Below, one piece after another: positions 51,255 through 64,000 of a stretch of 64,000 nucleotides of DNA. This DNA is from Stegostoma tigrinum. Lineage: Eukaryota. Position numbers and translations under genes: made by a program. Each line of letters opens with the position of its first letter. Within the stretch, counting starts at the first letter, position 1. The DNA lies in the NCBI RefSeq assembly GCF_030684315.1, contig NC_081360.1, positions 79,845,780 through 79,909,779 on the forward strand, given 5' to 3'. The notes below the pieces were generated by a model that did not search any database, had not been told where the DNA came from, and was given only the letters and a program-made list of their open reading frames with translations.

Positions 51255-51504
51255 CTTTGTGCTCCTGAGATGCTGCTTGGCCTGCTGTGTTCATCCAGCT
51301 TCACGCTTTGTTATCTTGGGTTCTCCAGTATCTGCAGTTCCCATTATCTCTGATTGGAATTATTAGGTGCTTATTTTGACATGCATGGCCACAATGGGAC
51401 AAAGGGCCTTTTTCTGCACTCTGAACTTTAGTGACTTTATGATGCTACAACTCCAAACTACCACAGGGAGCAAAACAACAGTGGAAAAGTGGAGAGGTGA
51501 GGGC

Positions 51505-51910
51505 TGAGTGATATTTTTGCTTGACTCATAATCTAGAGACCTCAAAGAATCAGTTTTGAATCCACTGCAGCGGATGCTGGACTTTGAATTTAATCAAAGA
51601 ATATAAAATTGAAAATGAATTATAGTAAAAATCCATTGGTTCACTAATGTTCTTCAGGGCTGGAAACTGCTGTTCTTAAAATAAAACAAAGTACTGAAGG
51701 TCTGAGACAATAACAGAAATTGTTGGCAAAACTCAGCACATCTGGCAGCATCTGTGGGAAGACAGCAGAGTGTATATTTTGAGTCCAGTGAGTCTTCATC
51801 AGAATATGATGTTGTCACCTGGGTTCGCTACAAGTGACTCCAGACCCACAGAAATGTGGTCGACTCTCAAGTGATCTCTGAAATGGCCACTCAGTTATAT
51901 TCAAGAATTA
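51505..51910 (+). mobile_element. tRNA-derived shark SINE with an old PLE-terminus element inserted (51678-51805, minus)
   Basis: ggttcactaatgttcttcaggg...gtgactccagacccacagaaatgtggtcgactc...gccactcagtt; the insert ends cttcatcagaa. Confidence 0.7.
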
Positions 51911-52363
51911 CTCCACATGGTCCAGCCTACAACACTTAAAATCTGATGCGTAAGTATGTCCTCTGCTGTCATCAGGACCCAACTGTGATGAGGTTTGTTG
52001 GAGACATGAGGCATACCACACAGATACTATGGTAATCATATTAAAAGACAAAGATCGGCTCACAAAAACTGAGGCACTGTTAGTCTTGGCACAGGTGTAA
52101 GACACAAGAATTGGTGTTCAACAGCAGGCTGGAAGCATGTGGAACATTTCTACTACTTTTAAGGCCCCAACCAAATGTAAATTTAGCTACTTCCCTTTGC
52201 AGCCATGACACTTGAGATGCTATTGGTCAGCATTCATGTTGTTGTTGTGGTCCTTTCTGACTTAAAAGGAATTTATTATCAGGATGGAGATGTTATAAAA
52301 CTGCAAAAGCTTGAGATAGTACTATGGAAACAGAGACTACGCAATTCTAACAGAAAAAAAACA

Positions 52364-52408
52364 CTGCTCGGCCTGCTCTGTTCATCCAGCTCCACACTTT
52401 GTTATCTC
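52364..52408 (+). mobile_element. Very short tail-less PLE-terminus arm
   Basis: ctgctcggcctgctctgttcatccagctccacactttgttatctc; possible degenerate TSD gactacgcaattct / gtctactcgattct. Confidence 0.8.
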
Positions 52409-54764
52409 GTCTACTCGATTCTGTCATTACTTGACACTTTCATCCACCAGTCAAGCCCAAAGGTCAACTGTTGTGGGAATGCTCAACTATAAACAATGCA
52501 TTTGATGCTTTGTGGCAGTGCCTATCAGAGATAAGTCTATGGTTTAAATTTCTCTCCATTTCCACAAAGTTTTCAAAATAATTGTTACCTGCAGTATGCT
52601 CCATAATCTTCACTTTGCAAAGAGGCTCAGCATATATTTCTCATGACTGGGATAGCCAAGACATGAAAAAAAGTGGAGGAGAGATGAATTAGCAGAAACA
52701 TCAGCGTATAGGAAGGAAGACTGGTTTGTCAGTCAACATTCCCATATGCCTTTCAAGGATTGCAACAGCTACAAAATGTTTTACCTGAACAATGACAATC
52801 TGTCAAAAAGCCTAGCTATACTAATCCTGTTATTCACTTGTGTACTTAGTTCTTATCAAGTGGCATCTGATTTTGAGATTTTTCTATGATAACATAAACA
52901 AATAAATAATAAGCACAAAGTTTACGTCAAGTGGGAGACATTTATTTCATCTACTTGTAACTTGGTTTAACATTATAAAAATGTTGATATATTGCCTTTA
53001 TTTCAGACATGTAATAAGTGCCTGAACACAGTTTGAAGGCCTCCCTGATACAAGTATTGCAAATGTAGACTGAGTGCCAGGTTTCACTGAGAACCTGTAG
53101 GGATTCTGGTATTAATTCACTGTGATTTTGACAGCTTAGTATGTGAATTGGCTAGGTCCAGGAATGCTGACCAGTTTTGTTTGCATTATATTGCCTAGTC
53201 CCATAGTTAATGTACTGTGTGCTTTTGGTGGGAAGGAAATGGGCATTAGTCACTCAATTTGTCTATCTTTATTTTAGTCCACGAGAGCATCTTTTGTTCC
53301 TCGTTGGTCCGATTATTGCTTCTCACACAACTCTACACCAATGGCTAGGAAGCAGTTTTGTAAGAAAAGTTCAAATGGTTGTAACATTATGATTGTAATT
53401 CTGAGGATTTTTATATTTCATTTTAATTGACTAGCCCAATGTTTAGGAAAGAAATGTTTTTCTGAGAATCTTACAAACATTGGACACGACAGGAGCAGTT
53501 TCCATTGCACTTTATGCAGAACATTTGTAAATGCATTTATTCAGAAAACAGTTAAGATTTTAACACCAATATTGAGCAAAAGGAATGTACTCCTGCTTTT
53601 TCAATTTTATTTCCAGTGGGTATGCTTTATATTATACTTTGTCATGATTATCTTGGCAGCGCTTTTAACTAATGCTTTGAACAAAGATGCATTCTTACAT
53701 GAGAAACAATGCCAAAAGAGATGCTGACTTAGAAATTTTAATATTTCTTATCAAGTAGAACTGTACATAATATACAACCTAGTCCGAGAAATAATCCCGA
53801 GCTTGTTGGACGTAATTTTGCCACCTCCAGAATACAGTGTTGGAGGTGTGGGGGCAAAAGGAAGATGGATTGTTTCCCTAGCCATTTTCCACTATTGGAG
53901 GATTTTACTGACAATGGAATTGGGATCGAGGAGACAATTTAAATATACAGATGCCATATTAAGGAGTATTTTAACAGGCCATCAGCATTTTGTAATGGCT
54001 GATTGACTGCAGCCACATGAAGAGTTTGCTAGTTAAGTGGAGGCAGTTTCTCATGGCAGTCTGGGGAACAGGATAGTTTCAACCTTGGGAAGAGGGGGTG
54101 AAAAAGTACAGTTAGGGAAGCCAATGATCTCCCCAGAGGCGTTTTAAAGCATTTCCATAACTATTTCCTGAAGGCTGCAGGACGCCTGGCTGTCTGAACA
54201 GCAGCCACCTGTCACAGTGCTGCTGACCTGTCAGCCCCCTCTGAATGGCACGCTCCAGTGTCAATTATTGAAATGGCTGCCCCTGCGCATGAAGATTAAG
54301 AAGGTTGGCTTGCCTGCCAGCCACCTGTAATGCCACAACATGTTTCTTACAGTTTGATCACCCCAGCAACAAATTTCAAGTCACAATTTTTCATAACATG
54401 ATAAAGAATTGGATTTGGGGTCACAGGAGTTACAAAATGTCATAATTAGAACCAAACAATAATATTAGGAAAATAAGAATAGGCGTCCTGTATTATTAAT
54501 GCAAATGTAAGAACATATTTCTATATCCCATTCCAAACAATAACTTCACGTAATCTATCTTCCTTCATTAAAGAGAAAGGTTGACTTTTAAGAACAGTGG
54601 TGAAACATTGTGATCATTACACAGAGAAATATTTATCAGCATCAACCATTAGTAAGGACTGCATAAGGTACCATTTAAGGGTGTTTAGCAACTGTTACTT
54701 AGCGGGATCTAAGATGGTGGCAATGTCGGAAAAACCTGTAGCTCAAAAAGATGTGTTGGTTTGA

Positions 54765-54845
54765 AATAAAAACAAAGTGTTGAGAAACTCTGTTGGTCTG
54801 ACAGCATTTGACAAGAAAGAAATGTTAATGTTTCAAGTCTGATGT
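54765..54845 (-). mobile_element. Old PLE-terminus-derived short element
   Basis: aaataaaaacaaagtgttgagaaactc...ggtctgacagcatttg...gttaatgtttcaagtc. Confidence 0.5.
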
Positions 54846-57279
54846 AACAGTTTCAAATGCTTTTTTTTAAAGTGCTGTTTAGGTTTGAATTTAAAATAAG
54901 AACATTTTATCTGAAAAGCAAAAATAACAAATGATTCTGCCTTTTCATCTCAAATTATTATGTAGTTTGCAGTGATTAATTTGTATAATTTGAAAAATTA
55001 CAGGAGTTTAAGGTTTAGTTTCCATTATGTTGACTACTTAATATGCTTGATTGTCTTTTGTTGTATAACATTACTCTCTATGCCATTGTAATGTAGTTGT
55101 TTGCCAACTTGAGATAAATAGACTGGCAAATCTATTAAAATGGTACACAAAGGAGCTTTACAAAAATGTGTTAAGCGATGTGCTAGAAAAAAAAACAAAT
55201 CCATTAGACTAGTTTGGCAAAATAGGTTTTGAAGAGTTAAATATCTATTGAAAATATATCTCTGGTTTCAGTTAAAAACTCTCTTTGAAAGGACATCTAA
55301 TTAATGTAAGTAACTTTAATAGATATTTTACTGACTTGTATTTTTTGATATAGTGGATGAATTTCAACTCAGGTGAAAATTATCTTTTGAATTCACAGTT
55401 TATGGATGTAACACAGTTTGTGGATACCACATTTTAATTGGTTTTCCTTATACAGTTGCTTGACAAATGTTAACTGTGCATTTTAATCATTTCCTATATT
55501 CTTCATGCACATAACAATTTACTGCACAGTAGAAGTTAAAAAAAAAATCCTCTTTGCTACATGCTAATTTCTTGCTGCAATCAGTATAGAAAATGCTTCA
55601 CCGATCTGTGCTGTTGATCTCCTTTCAATGATGTCAGGATACAGAACCAAAGAAGCACCAGGCTGATGGCCGGTGTATTTAGATCCTTTAAGACAAAAAC
55701 AGTACACAAAGTAGCAAATATACTTTGAACCAATTCAAAGGTTACACCTGCAGATGCCTCTTATGCCTTTGCTATCTCCCATTCAAACCAGGAAGAACTC
55801 ATAAAAAATATTATTTGATTGATATAAATTTTGCTTATACAGTTTCAATTCCTAATGTAGGATTGTTGCATTGTATTGTAGTGGGATAACACATTTATAG
55901 AGTAGTATTTCAGTTCATTTTGGAAGGCAGCTCTGGGGTATTTAGTGCAGGAATATTTTCAGAGCCACACTTTAAGCAGTGCATGCCCCATCGGATCAAG
56001 CAATCTTTTTCATTTTCCAGATGTTTATCACTAATCTGGTGTTGCCAAACTCACAGGATATTATTCTGAAGATTCACATTTCTGAAAGACTATTTTTGAT
56101 TGCCAAAATTCATTTTATTTACAGTCACTAATGACTATCAGCAAAATAAAAGCTATTGGTCCCACAGTTGGATTGAAAGCATGTTTTTTCTAAGTGAAGA
56201 ACTGGGTCTTTGACCAATGTCTTAGTCCACCAAATTATCTAGCCGTCAACAAGCTGCCATTATTTTGTTTATAGGCCGGGTCCTCAGGTGGATTTAGAGA
56301 ACTCCTCCATGTCTTTCCAAGCTGTTATTCTGGAAGAGAATCAAGGCAGCTGTGTTTACTGCCTGAAACTTGGCATAAATTTACAAAAAAACTAGAATTT
56401 ATATCATTCGGTATCACTGAGAGATCTCAAACCACCTGCCTATGTGACAAATTCACCCTATTGTGAGCTCGTTGTTAATGACATCATGCAATAAAGTCAA
56501 CAATTCATGTTGATGAATTGAGATTTTATGAGCTTTGCTAAAATATATACCCATAAAGGAAATATCATGGTGCAGTGCTTTCACCAATGAATCAGTTTTT
56601 TAGAAACTAGAATATATGGACTCTGACCGTTAACTTTGGAAATACATCTAATGAAACACAAGCTTTATTTTTGTTAACCCTTGCCAGATGAATGAATCTA
56701 CTTAGGAATGTCAAAACATATTCTTGGAAGACCTGATGGATGCTGATCTGTCCATTTTACTAACTGATCTGGTTCAGTCCCATTGCTTCTTGTGGCTTCT
56801 CGTACAGATCAGACTACCAGAGAGTAAAGAGGAATTGATGTTTTGCTAGGTTGTTCTCTCTACTCTCTAGCTTTGCAATGTGTGACACAGAAGCAATTCT
56901 CAAAAGAATTTGAACATAATTGTAAAATTGAAGATTGGTCAAATAGGTTCAAAGATAAAAACAAATTTTTAATTTTACAGTCTATCTTCAGTTGCTGAGA
57001 TAGAAAGTTCAAGAAATCGTCTAATCACAGCTTCCAGATTTGTGTGTTGCAGATCCACATTGTTTTATCATTCAGAAATGTACTTTTTAAGTCAAATAAC
57101 ATGCCAATATGACCTGATAGAATGTCTGACTGAATTTCCTCATATACTTTTATCATCATTTTCTTAAGCATTTGCAACCTCATCAACTGTCTACAGCCCA
57201 AGGGATTTATTTCTGGTGTTAAGTATTAAATAACATATAATTGTTGTTCATTGCATTCTCCAGATGTTAGCAGGAATAG

Positions 57280-58070
57280 CAAAATCATGCATTTATATAG
57301 CACCTTAATGTAGACACATTTTCCAGAGTGCGTTATGTAATCATGTGAAAGAAAACCAAAAATTTAGCCTGAGAAGGAGCTATTTTAAACATTGTATTTA
57401 AGGAGGAGAGAACATTGAAGATGTTGAGTAGCTCAAGTAATTCTTGAGGATGAGGTCCGGGAAGCTGAAGACAGAGTTACCAATGGTGAGGTGAAAAGAG
57501 AGAGGTTTTTTTTGAAAGCACTCAGAACCAGAAGAACAGAGGGTTTGAAAGTAGGTTTTAGTACTACAGAAGGTGACAGATACAGAGAGCGTTAAGCCAT
57601 AAAATAATTTAGACACAATGACATGAAATTAAAATTTGATGCTTGAGCACTGAAAGCAAAGGTGTGAATAGTGTTTGAACAGGACTTTGCAGAGGATAAA
57701 ATATAAGCAATCGTTCATGGAGAGTGGACCATGGGAAATTAGCCTAAACAGAATAGTGATGGTCAAGACTGGAAAAGAAGCATGTTTGGATGAAGGTTTC
57801 TGTGACATCCTATCTGAGCTGGAGGTGGCAAATATTACGGAGATGGAAGGAGGCTGATAACAATAGGATCCTGAGCATTTAAACAATTTCTTCAGACAGA
57901 CAGAGTTGCCAGGAGTGACTGACTATAACCGTGAGATTGTGACAGGGGGAAAGCTTGTTCTAGCCTATTCAATGCTAAACTAGAGAAAATTACTATCTGT
58001 CCTAGGTGATGTTTCAGACAGAGGTCAGAAGCGACAGGCAAATTGTAATGGTATAAACAAAGTAGAAAGT
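57280..58070 (-). mobile_element. Decayed L2-type LINE 3' part
   Basis: tgcatttatatagcacctt (reverse complement of an L2/Deu-SINE tail) followed by purine-rich antisense L2-like sequence. Confidence 0.5.
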
Positions 58071-58087
58071 GAGTCATGTAAAACCAT

Positions 58088-58990
58088 AACATGGTAGAGC
58101 ATTCAGCCCATCAAGTCTGTTCCATCATTCAATGAGATCATGACTAATCTGATAACCATCAACTCCACTTTCCTGTCTTTTCCCATAAACATTGATTCCC
58201 TTACCAATTTAAAATCTGTCTGTCTCAGCTTTAAAATATAATGGACTTAATATGACCAGCCTGTACAACACTCTGCAGCAAGGAATTCTATAGATTCAGT
58301 GCCCTCTAACAAAAGCAATTCCTCCTCATCTCATTTTAAAATGGACATCATTTTATTCTGAGATTATGCCCTCTGGTCCTCAACTCTCCCACAAGGGAAA
58401 CAATCTTTCCACATTCAACCTGTAAAGCCCTCTAAGATTCCTAAATTAACACAAGAACTGCAGGTACTGGAAATCTGTAACAAAAACAGACAGTGTGGAA
58501 GAAACACAATAGGTCTAGCAGTATCTGTTGAGAAAAAAAAAGAGGTAATGTTTCCAGTACACTGACGCTTCATCAGAATCTTGTATTTTTCAATAAGGTT
58601 GCCTCTTATACTTCTAAACTCCAATGAGCAGGGACCCATTCTACTCCACATCTCCCCTCTGGACACATTATCAGTCTTGGGAACTTTTTCTCAACTGCTT
58701 CCAATGTTAACTTACCTTTCCAAACATAAGGGGTCTAAAACTGTTCACAGTATTCCAGCTATGTTTTTACTAATGCCTTGTATAGTTTTAGCAAAACTTC
58801 TCTACTTTTATATTCCATTTGTTTTGAAATAAAGACCAATGTTCCACTTGCCTTCTCTATTACCCTTTAAACTTGGAGGCTAGCTTTTTTTGATTCTGCT
58901 GTGTTGTTTTTCTGCAGTCTTTCCTCACTTAAATAATATTCAACTTCTCTGTTCTTCCTGCCAATGTTTCTAACCTCACATTTCCCCTTA
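58088..58990 (-). mobile_element. CR1-type LINE 3' part with an old PLE-terminus insertion (58443-58578)
   Basis: cattcagcccatcaagtctgttccatcattcaatgagatcatg (rc 3' end); peptide SLEFRSIRGNLIEKYKI. Confidence 0.75.
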
Positions 58991-61240
58991 TTTAAATAAT
59001 AATTCAACTGCTCTGAAGAGAAAAATGGAAGATGAGACTTCCATTGTATTGACAGGGTAGTAAAAACAAAACAACAATATGAAAAGGTAGGCTTGGTAGA
59101 AGGACAGAGAAAAGGGATATATTGAACAGGTACTCCATATCTTAATGACAAACCAATCAATGAGAATCTCAGGTTTCAGATTAGAGGCAAGAGAAGAAAG
59201 ACATAAGGAAGTTATTGTTAGCATTGAAAAGATATAGAGGACGATCATCCCAGCATGCTGCCAAAGTGGTGGATTATTTTGAAAGAGATGGTTAACACTG
59301 GAAAGCTAATATTAGGTTTGATTTGTGCCACAGTTACTTAACCTGCACACCATCTTCCTTAACCACAACCAACCTGGAACTTCAGGAACTAAGATGGAGA
59401 ACATGACATGAGAAATGACAAGAGTAAGAAGCCTTCAAGGTTTCTCATAAGATATAGAAACCAATAGTGGACATGGCTAAATGGAGCTATTGAGGTACCA
59501 TAAAGTTTGGAGGGACAAAGATAACAATTGGGAGGTTGAAAGTGCAGACGTGATTAATTATAATTCAGTAGGAAGTGATATCATGAATAGACGAGTGAGG
59601 AAATCATGCGACAAAAAGGGAGTGCTCAGAATTATTTTGCTCTTGATCGAGACGTAACTCGATATAGGCCATGGGAGATGATAAGGTATAGGGATAACTA
59701 TTTATATGGATGAGGCGGAGATTCAATAGAGAGCTTTATGGTAGGCAAAGGGCAATGGATTAAGACGAAAAAGGGCAAGTGAAGATGGAAATAACGGAGA
59801 TGATTTTCCAATGAATATATTTCCACATCACAGGTTTGAACTTTGACATGATAAGAATTCATGTTTTTTGAAATTGTATTGGTAGTATTAGGTATTGTGA
59901 TCATAGTGCAATCTTTTCCTGATAATCAGTAGAAATGATCAAATATTGTAATTAAGTTATAAACTTTCCCAAAATCTATAAATATCATGAACGACTTCTG
60001 AGTTTTCTTACAACTTCTGATTCTTCTTATAATGTCACAAACATTTTCTAAAATACAATAACTCTTATGCAAATATGTTCAGACCATTCCTGCTTCCACA
60101 AAAAAAAACAATATTGTGGGATATAAAAGTAAGTGACCATCACAAGAATAAAATATATGAAACAATGTGTTAGGTTCATTAAAGTAGGATACCATAGACC
60201 TGATTCCAGTAATAATGTAGTTCATGTGTTTTTCTGGTTCTGTGTACACATATTTGCTTTATTTGCTGAATAAAGTGACTCTTCATCACTCCCAGAGGGA
60301 TATGCTTATACAAATCTGGCACTTAAATTGAGAAACAGCTGTTCTCTAAATAATGGCAGGTATCCTAATCTGGTGCAGTTTGCTATTACCTACACATCGT
60401 TCATCTGTAATAATTTGTTTTCCAACAACAAGACAATTTTTTGGAGCTTGTATTAGCAATGTCTTAAAACAGTCACAATGTGAAACATCTATTTGTATGG
60501 GAACCATATCGCTCTTTTAATCCCCGGTTCTGTTACATATAGAGTTATAGTAAAATGTATGTAAGTATGTATTAATGTAACATGACTGGCACATAATCAT
60601 ACATAGAACAGAGAACAATTAACCATAAGTCTGCTTGAGAATTGCTTTCTCATCAATGCAGACTGTATTCCACGGAGAGGAAAGAAAAGTAGTGAGGAAG
60701 TAATACTTCAAACATCAAACTTTGGATCCTTATATAACTCAGTGCTCCCCTTCTGTCACATGCTACACTAAGGATAATTTATTCATCTCCAATGATGATT
60801 CCCCACAATGTTACTGTGGTTTGATTATAGTGATAACAGAAATGCATTTAATTTGGAAGCTTCCTTTAGACATAAATCTACTCCATTAGGAATACTGATG
60901 CTTCAAATAATTATTGTACCCTTTACCACCCAACCCAATATGGTCTACCTGACTGACCATTGTGAGTCCGACATGATACTCTGAATCAAGAAAAGTGTTA
61001 TATCTGAGGATTGTGTAGCGTGGAGATAACAAATAACAACAATCCATACCAAATGCTGATAGAAGCTCCCTAAAACTTACTCCTGCCTTGGCTTTTCATG
61101 TGTTTTGTGGAATCTTGAAACAAATCTATTATAACTTTGCAATTCAAGCTCTCCTATACAAAACAATCCCATTTTCTATGCCTCTAAGACTTCTAATGAA
61201 ACTGGCTTCACAGAAACTTTTAAATGTCCCTAATGTATCT

Positions 61241-61405
61241 GACAGTTAGGGACATTTAAGCGACTCTTGGATAGGCATATGGATGATAGTAAAATGAAGG
61301 GTGAGCAGGTTAGTTTGATCTTAGAGTAGGATAATAGTTCAGCCCAACGTCATGGGCCAGAGGGCCTGTATTGTGCTGTACTGTTCTATGTTCTATGTCC
61401 TATAA
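61241..61405 (+). mobile_element. CR1-type LINE extreme 3' end
   Basis: catttaagcgactcttggataggcatatg...gggcctgtattgtgctgtactgttctatgttctatg. Confidence 0.88.
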
Positions 61406-61772
61406 AACTGTTGATCAGCTTCACTTTAGTTAATGCATAGTTCTGAATGTTAAGAAATATCATGAGCCTAAAATATGGATTATATCTCAGCACGAAAGGT
61501 CTGTTATATTAAATGGACATGTCAATACTAATCATCATAACATTGTTGTAATGAATGATAAAGGATCACTGATTGATGTTTGACTTTGGAGTTGTTGTGA
61601 GTTTCTGTATATATGAATGAAACAATACCATTCCTTGAACCTCATAATCACCATGCTATGTTTTACTGATGCACATTTAACATATAAACTAATCTTACTT
61701 TTATTTTCGTATAAGGCATTTAAAAGTATACAATTTGCAAGTACCTTGCCCAAAATCAGGCCTATGGCAATA

Positions 61773-61897
61773 AAAGCCAAAAGAACCATGGATGCTATAA
61801 GTCAAGAACAAAAATTAGAAGTCACTGAAAAAGTTCAGCAAATCTGGCAGCATCTGTGAAGAAAAATCTCAGTTAACATTTTGGGTCCGGTGACCCT
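61773..61897 (-). mobile_element. Older PLE-terminus element (same family as 45971-46104)
   Basis: aagaaccatggatgct...tctggcagcatctgtgaag...gttaacattttgggtccggtgaccctt. Confidence 0.7.
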
Positions 61898-64000
61898 TGG
61901 TGTTATGGCATCCTGGCTTTGTACATTTTTTTGCTTTATTAAGCCTAACTCATTGTTTGACACATTTTATTCTTGTGATGGTCATTTACTTCTACATCTT
62001 TGTACCTAACTTTAAAAGTATATTACCCAAAATATACGTTTTGCATCAATGCGACTTGGTGTTTGATTTTTTTTGGTGGTGGTTGCTAAAAGAATATTAA
62101 ATATGCCCAATTGTTGAAAGTAAGTGAGTGTGCCATTTCTAAACAGGAATACCATAATGTGCATGGAGATAGTTTTTAACAATCTATCCATAATTTATTA
62201 CAATTTTTCTTTCATGTTCAACTTAGTTTGCATAAAACTAATGAGTGAATAAATGTTATTCATCTTTAGAACATGCAGTGATCAGCATGAAAATTCAAAC
62301 TATAGCCTAATCTTAACGAGACTGACTTCAAATTGTAAGCATGAAGATCATGAAACATTTTATTTTAAAAAGAAAGTTGTGAATTAGATACACCAACCAG
62401 GTGTCATCCTGAGAATAAAATTTGTTCAAAAAGAAAGGGTACTGAATAAAGCAAAGTTAATTTGAATTTTTTTGATTAAGATTATCACGTAGGACTCACG
62501 ATGGTCAGTCAGGAAACTGATTTCTTGTGGAGATAGATGTAAAAATGCTTTTTGCATCATTGTGTGTTTTTTCTTCAATTATCATAAGATACTTGAAACA
62601 CATGAAATGGGGTAAAATGTGTAAAACATTGTTATAGAGTCAGACTGTACTGTTTATGTGATGTTTTTCCAATAATATTCAAGTAAACTACTTACCAGTA
62701 CATTTGATTCGAGCAATTAGAATTTAAAGTACTTTGAAAATCCTAAAGGGCAATGTATTTTTGTGTGCTTATGATAAAATAGGTAAGGATCTCGATTTAT
62801 ATCATTGATAAACAAATACAACAGCAATTGTACTTGGGACTTACATCTTATACAATGCTCACCTAAAATAATGCTTTCCCTAGTTTGCAATTTCTTTAAA
62901 TATCAGTCATGAAGAGGATTTTTAAAAAAGCAGAAATGATTCTGAAAACACAAAACCTAAAGTGGAGCCATTTAAAATGAATTTGAACTATCTAGAGTCA
63001 TTGAATTTCTTGTTGTATTATAAACATTGGTGTAACAAAAGGTTGAAAGGTTGTAAATCAATTTAGATAGGTGACCTTTGTTGCACATGTTTCTGACCCG
63101 ACTGATATGTCAACCATGGCAACCTTAAACAGATTTTGATAGAGCCAGGCACATACTTCATTTAAATTGCAGTTTAAAAGCACTTAAATTGGTCTTATTT
63201 GCATTCGACAAATGGGAATGTGATGACTAAAATGATAAAATATATGTAATATAGCATGTCTGATTTTGCTGGCAAATAAGGAGCTCTTCACTCTGTTAAA
63301 CTGAAGGAATTTTAAGATGGACTGCATTGCGCTAAATATAAATCATCAAAAGTTGTGTTACTAGGACTACGTTTGAAAATATACTGAGAAAACAACGAGT
63401 TGCATTACTTAAATATGTAATTAACAAATTTATTACAAATTCTTTGCACTTCTTGCATATTCAGCTTTCTGGCAGATGAACATTAATTCATACTGGCAGA
63501 ATGAAGCTAATTTCAACACTTTGGAGAAATGAATGCCTTTTTGTGCAGCATGTTACACTTATCTACATGCCGCATTATTGTAATAAGTACATTCAAGAAT
63601 AATTTCTTTTCAAATATTTTTACAAATCTGTCCCTCATTTGCATGCAAGTAAGTTGTCAGCTTAAATCTTTGAAATGCAAAATGTATCTCATTTCTATAT
63701 TTCATCAAGGCGTCTTTCATGTTTAATAAATTACAACTTAGATCCACAAAGACTTTGTTTTTCACTAACTAAAAGCAAAAGGATATGGTTAAAATCTAAA
63801 TCAGAACCTGCAAGGTTATTTGCATGTTGCTGATACTTGGCTAGATGAGGTTTAATTCCAGCAAGCTGATTCTAACGGCAAGGTTATAATTTAAATTGCC
63901 TGAAAAAAGAGTAACTTTTGTTGTACATCATAAATTTAAAAAATGCACTTCTACTCCTGTTTGGACAAAATATCCTGATTTACTCTTCCTTCCAAACAAT

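Larger units (their letters stand above)
48931..51351 (+). mobile_element. Penelope-like retroelement (Neptune-like), 5'-truncated
   Basis: RT plus GIY-YIG coding region, C-rich UTR, hammerhead motif and tail; probable TSD gatcagaataattaggt (48914-48930) / gattggaattattaggt (51352-51368). Confidence 0.95.

Noticed and set aside
59200-59900. Possible very old LINE endonuclease remnant
   Set aside because: Purine-rich and suggestive, but no motif could be read with confidence.

Overview
AT-rich, repeat-dense eukaryotic non-coding DNA (intergenic or a large intron). It is almost certainly from a shark or ray, because it carries an HE1-like V-SINE, many CR1/HER1-type LINE fragments and a Deu-domain SINE. 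I could not identify a host protein-coding exon with confidence. All recognisable ORFs are retroelement remnants: a 5'-truncated, inactivated Penelope-like element (PLE; RT plus GIY-YIG, 48931-51351), a young CR1 nested in a Rex1/Babar LINE (about 41150-44627), and possibly a very decayed Gypsy element (about 18170-21306). The main structure is a family of 13 loci derived from the PLE 3' terminus. That terminus carries a minimal hammerhead-ribozyme motif (CTGATGA-A-GGGTCTAGGCCC-GAAACGTC). Seven loci are asymmetric palindromes: two inverted arms, a tail of about 35 nt on one side only, a different fold-back point in each copy, and target-site duplications (TSDs) of 10-15 bp. Four loci are tail-less solo arms and two are simple truncations. 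About 8 copies of an older related family are also present. The window also holds a 198-bp direct duplication, a 130-bp inverted duplication, a (TG)n microsatellite and a 164-N assembly gap. Boundaries of old repeats were read by eye and are approximate.
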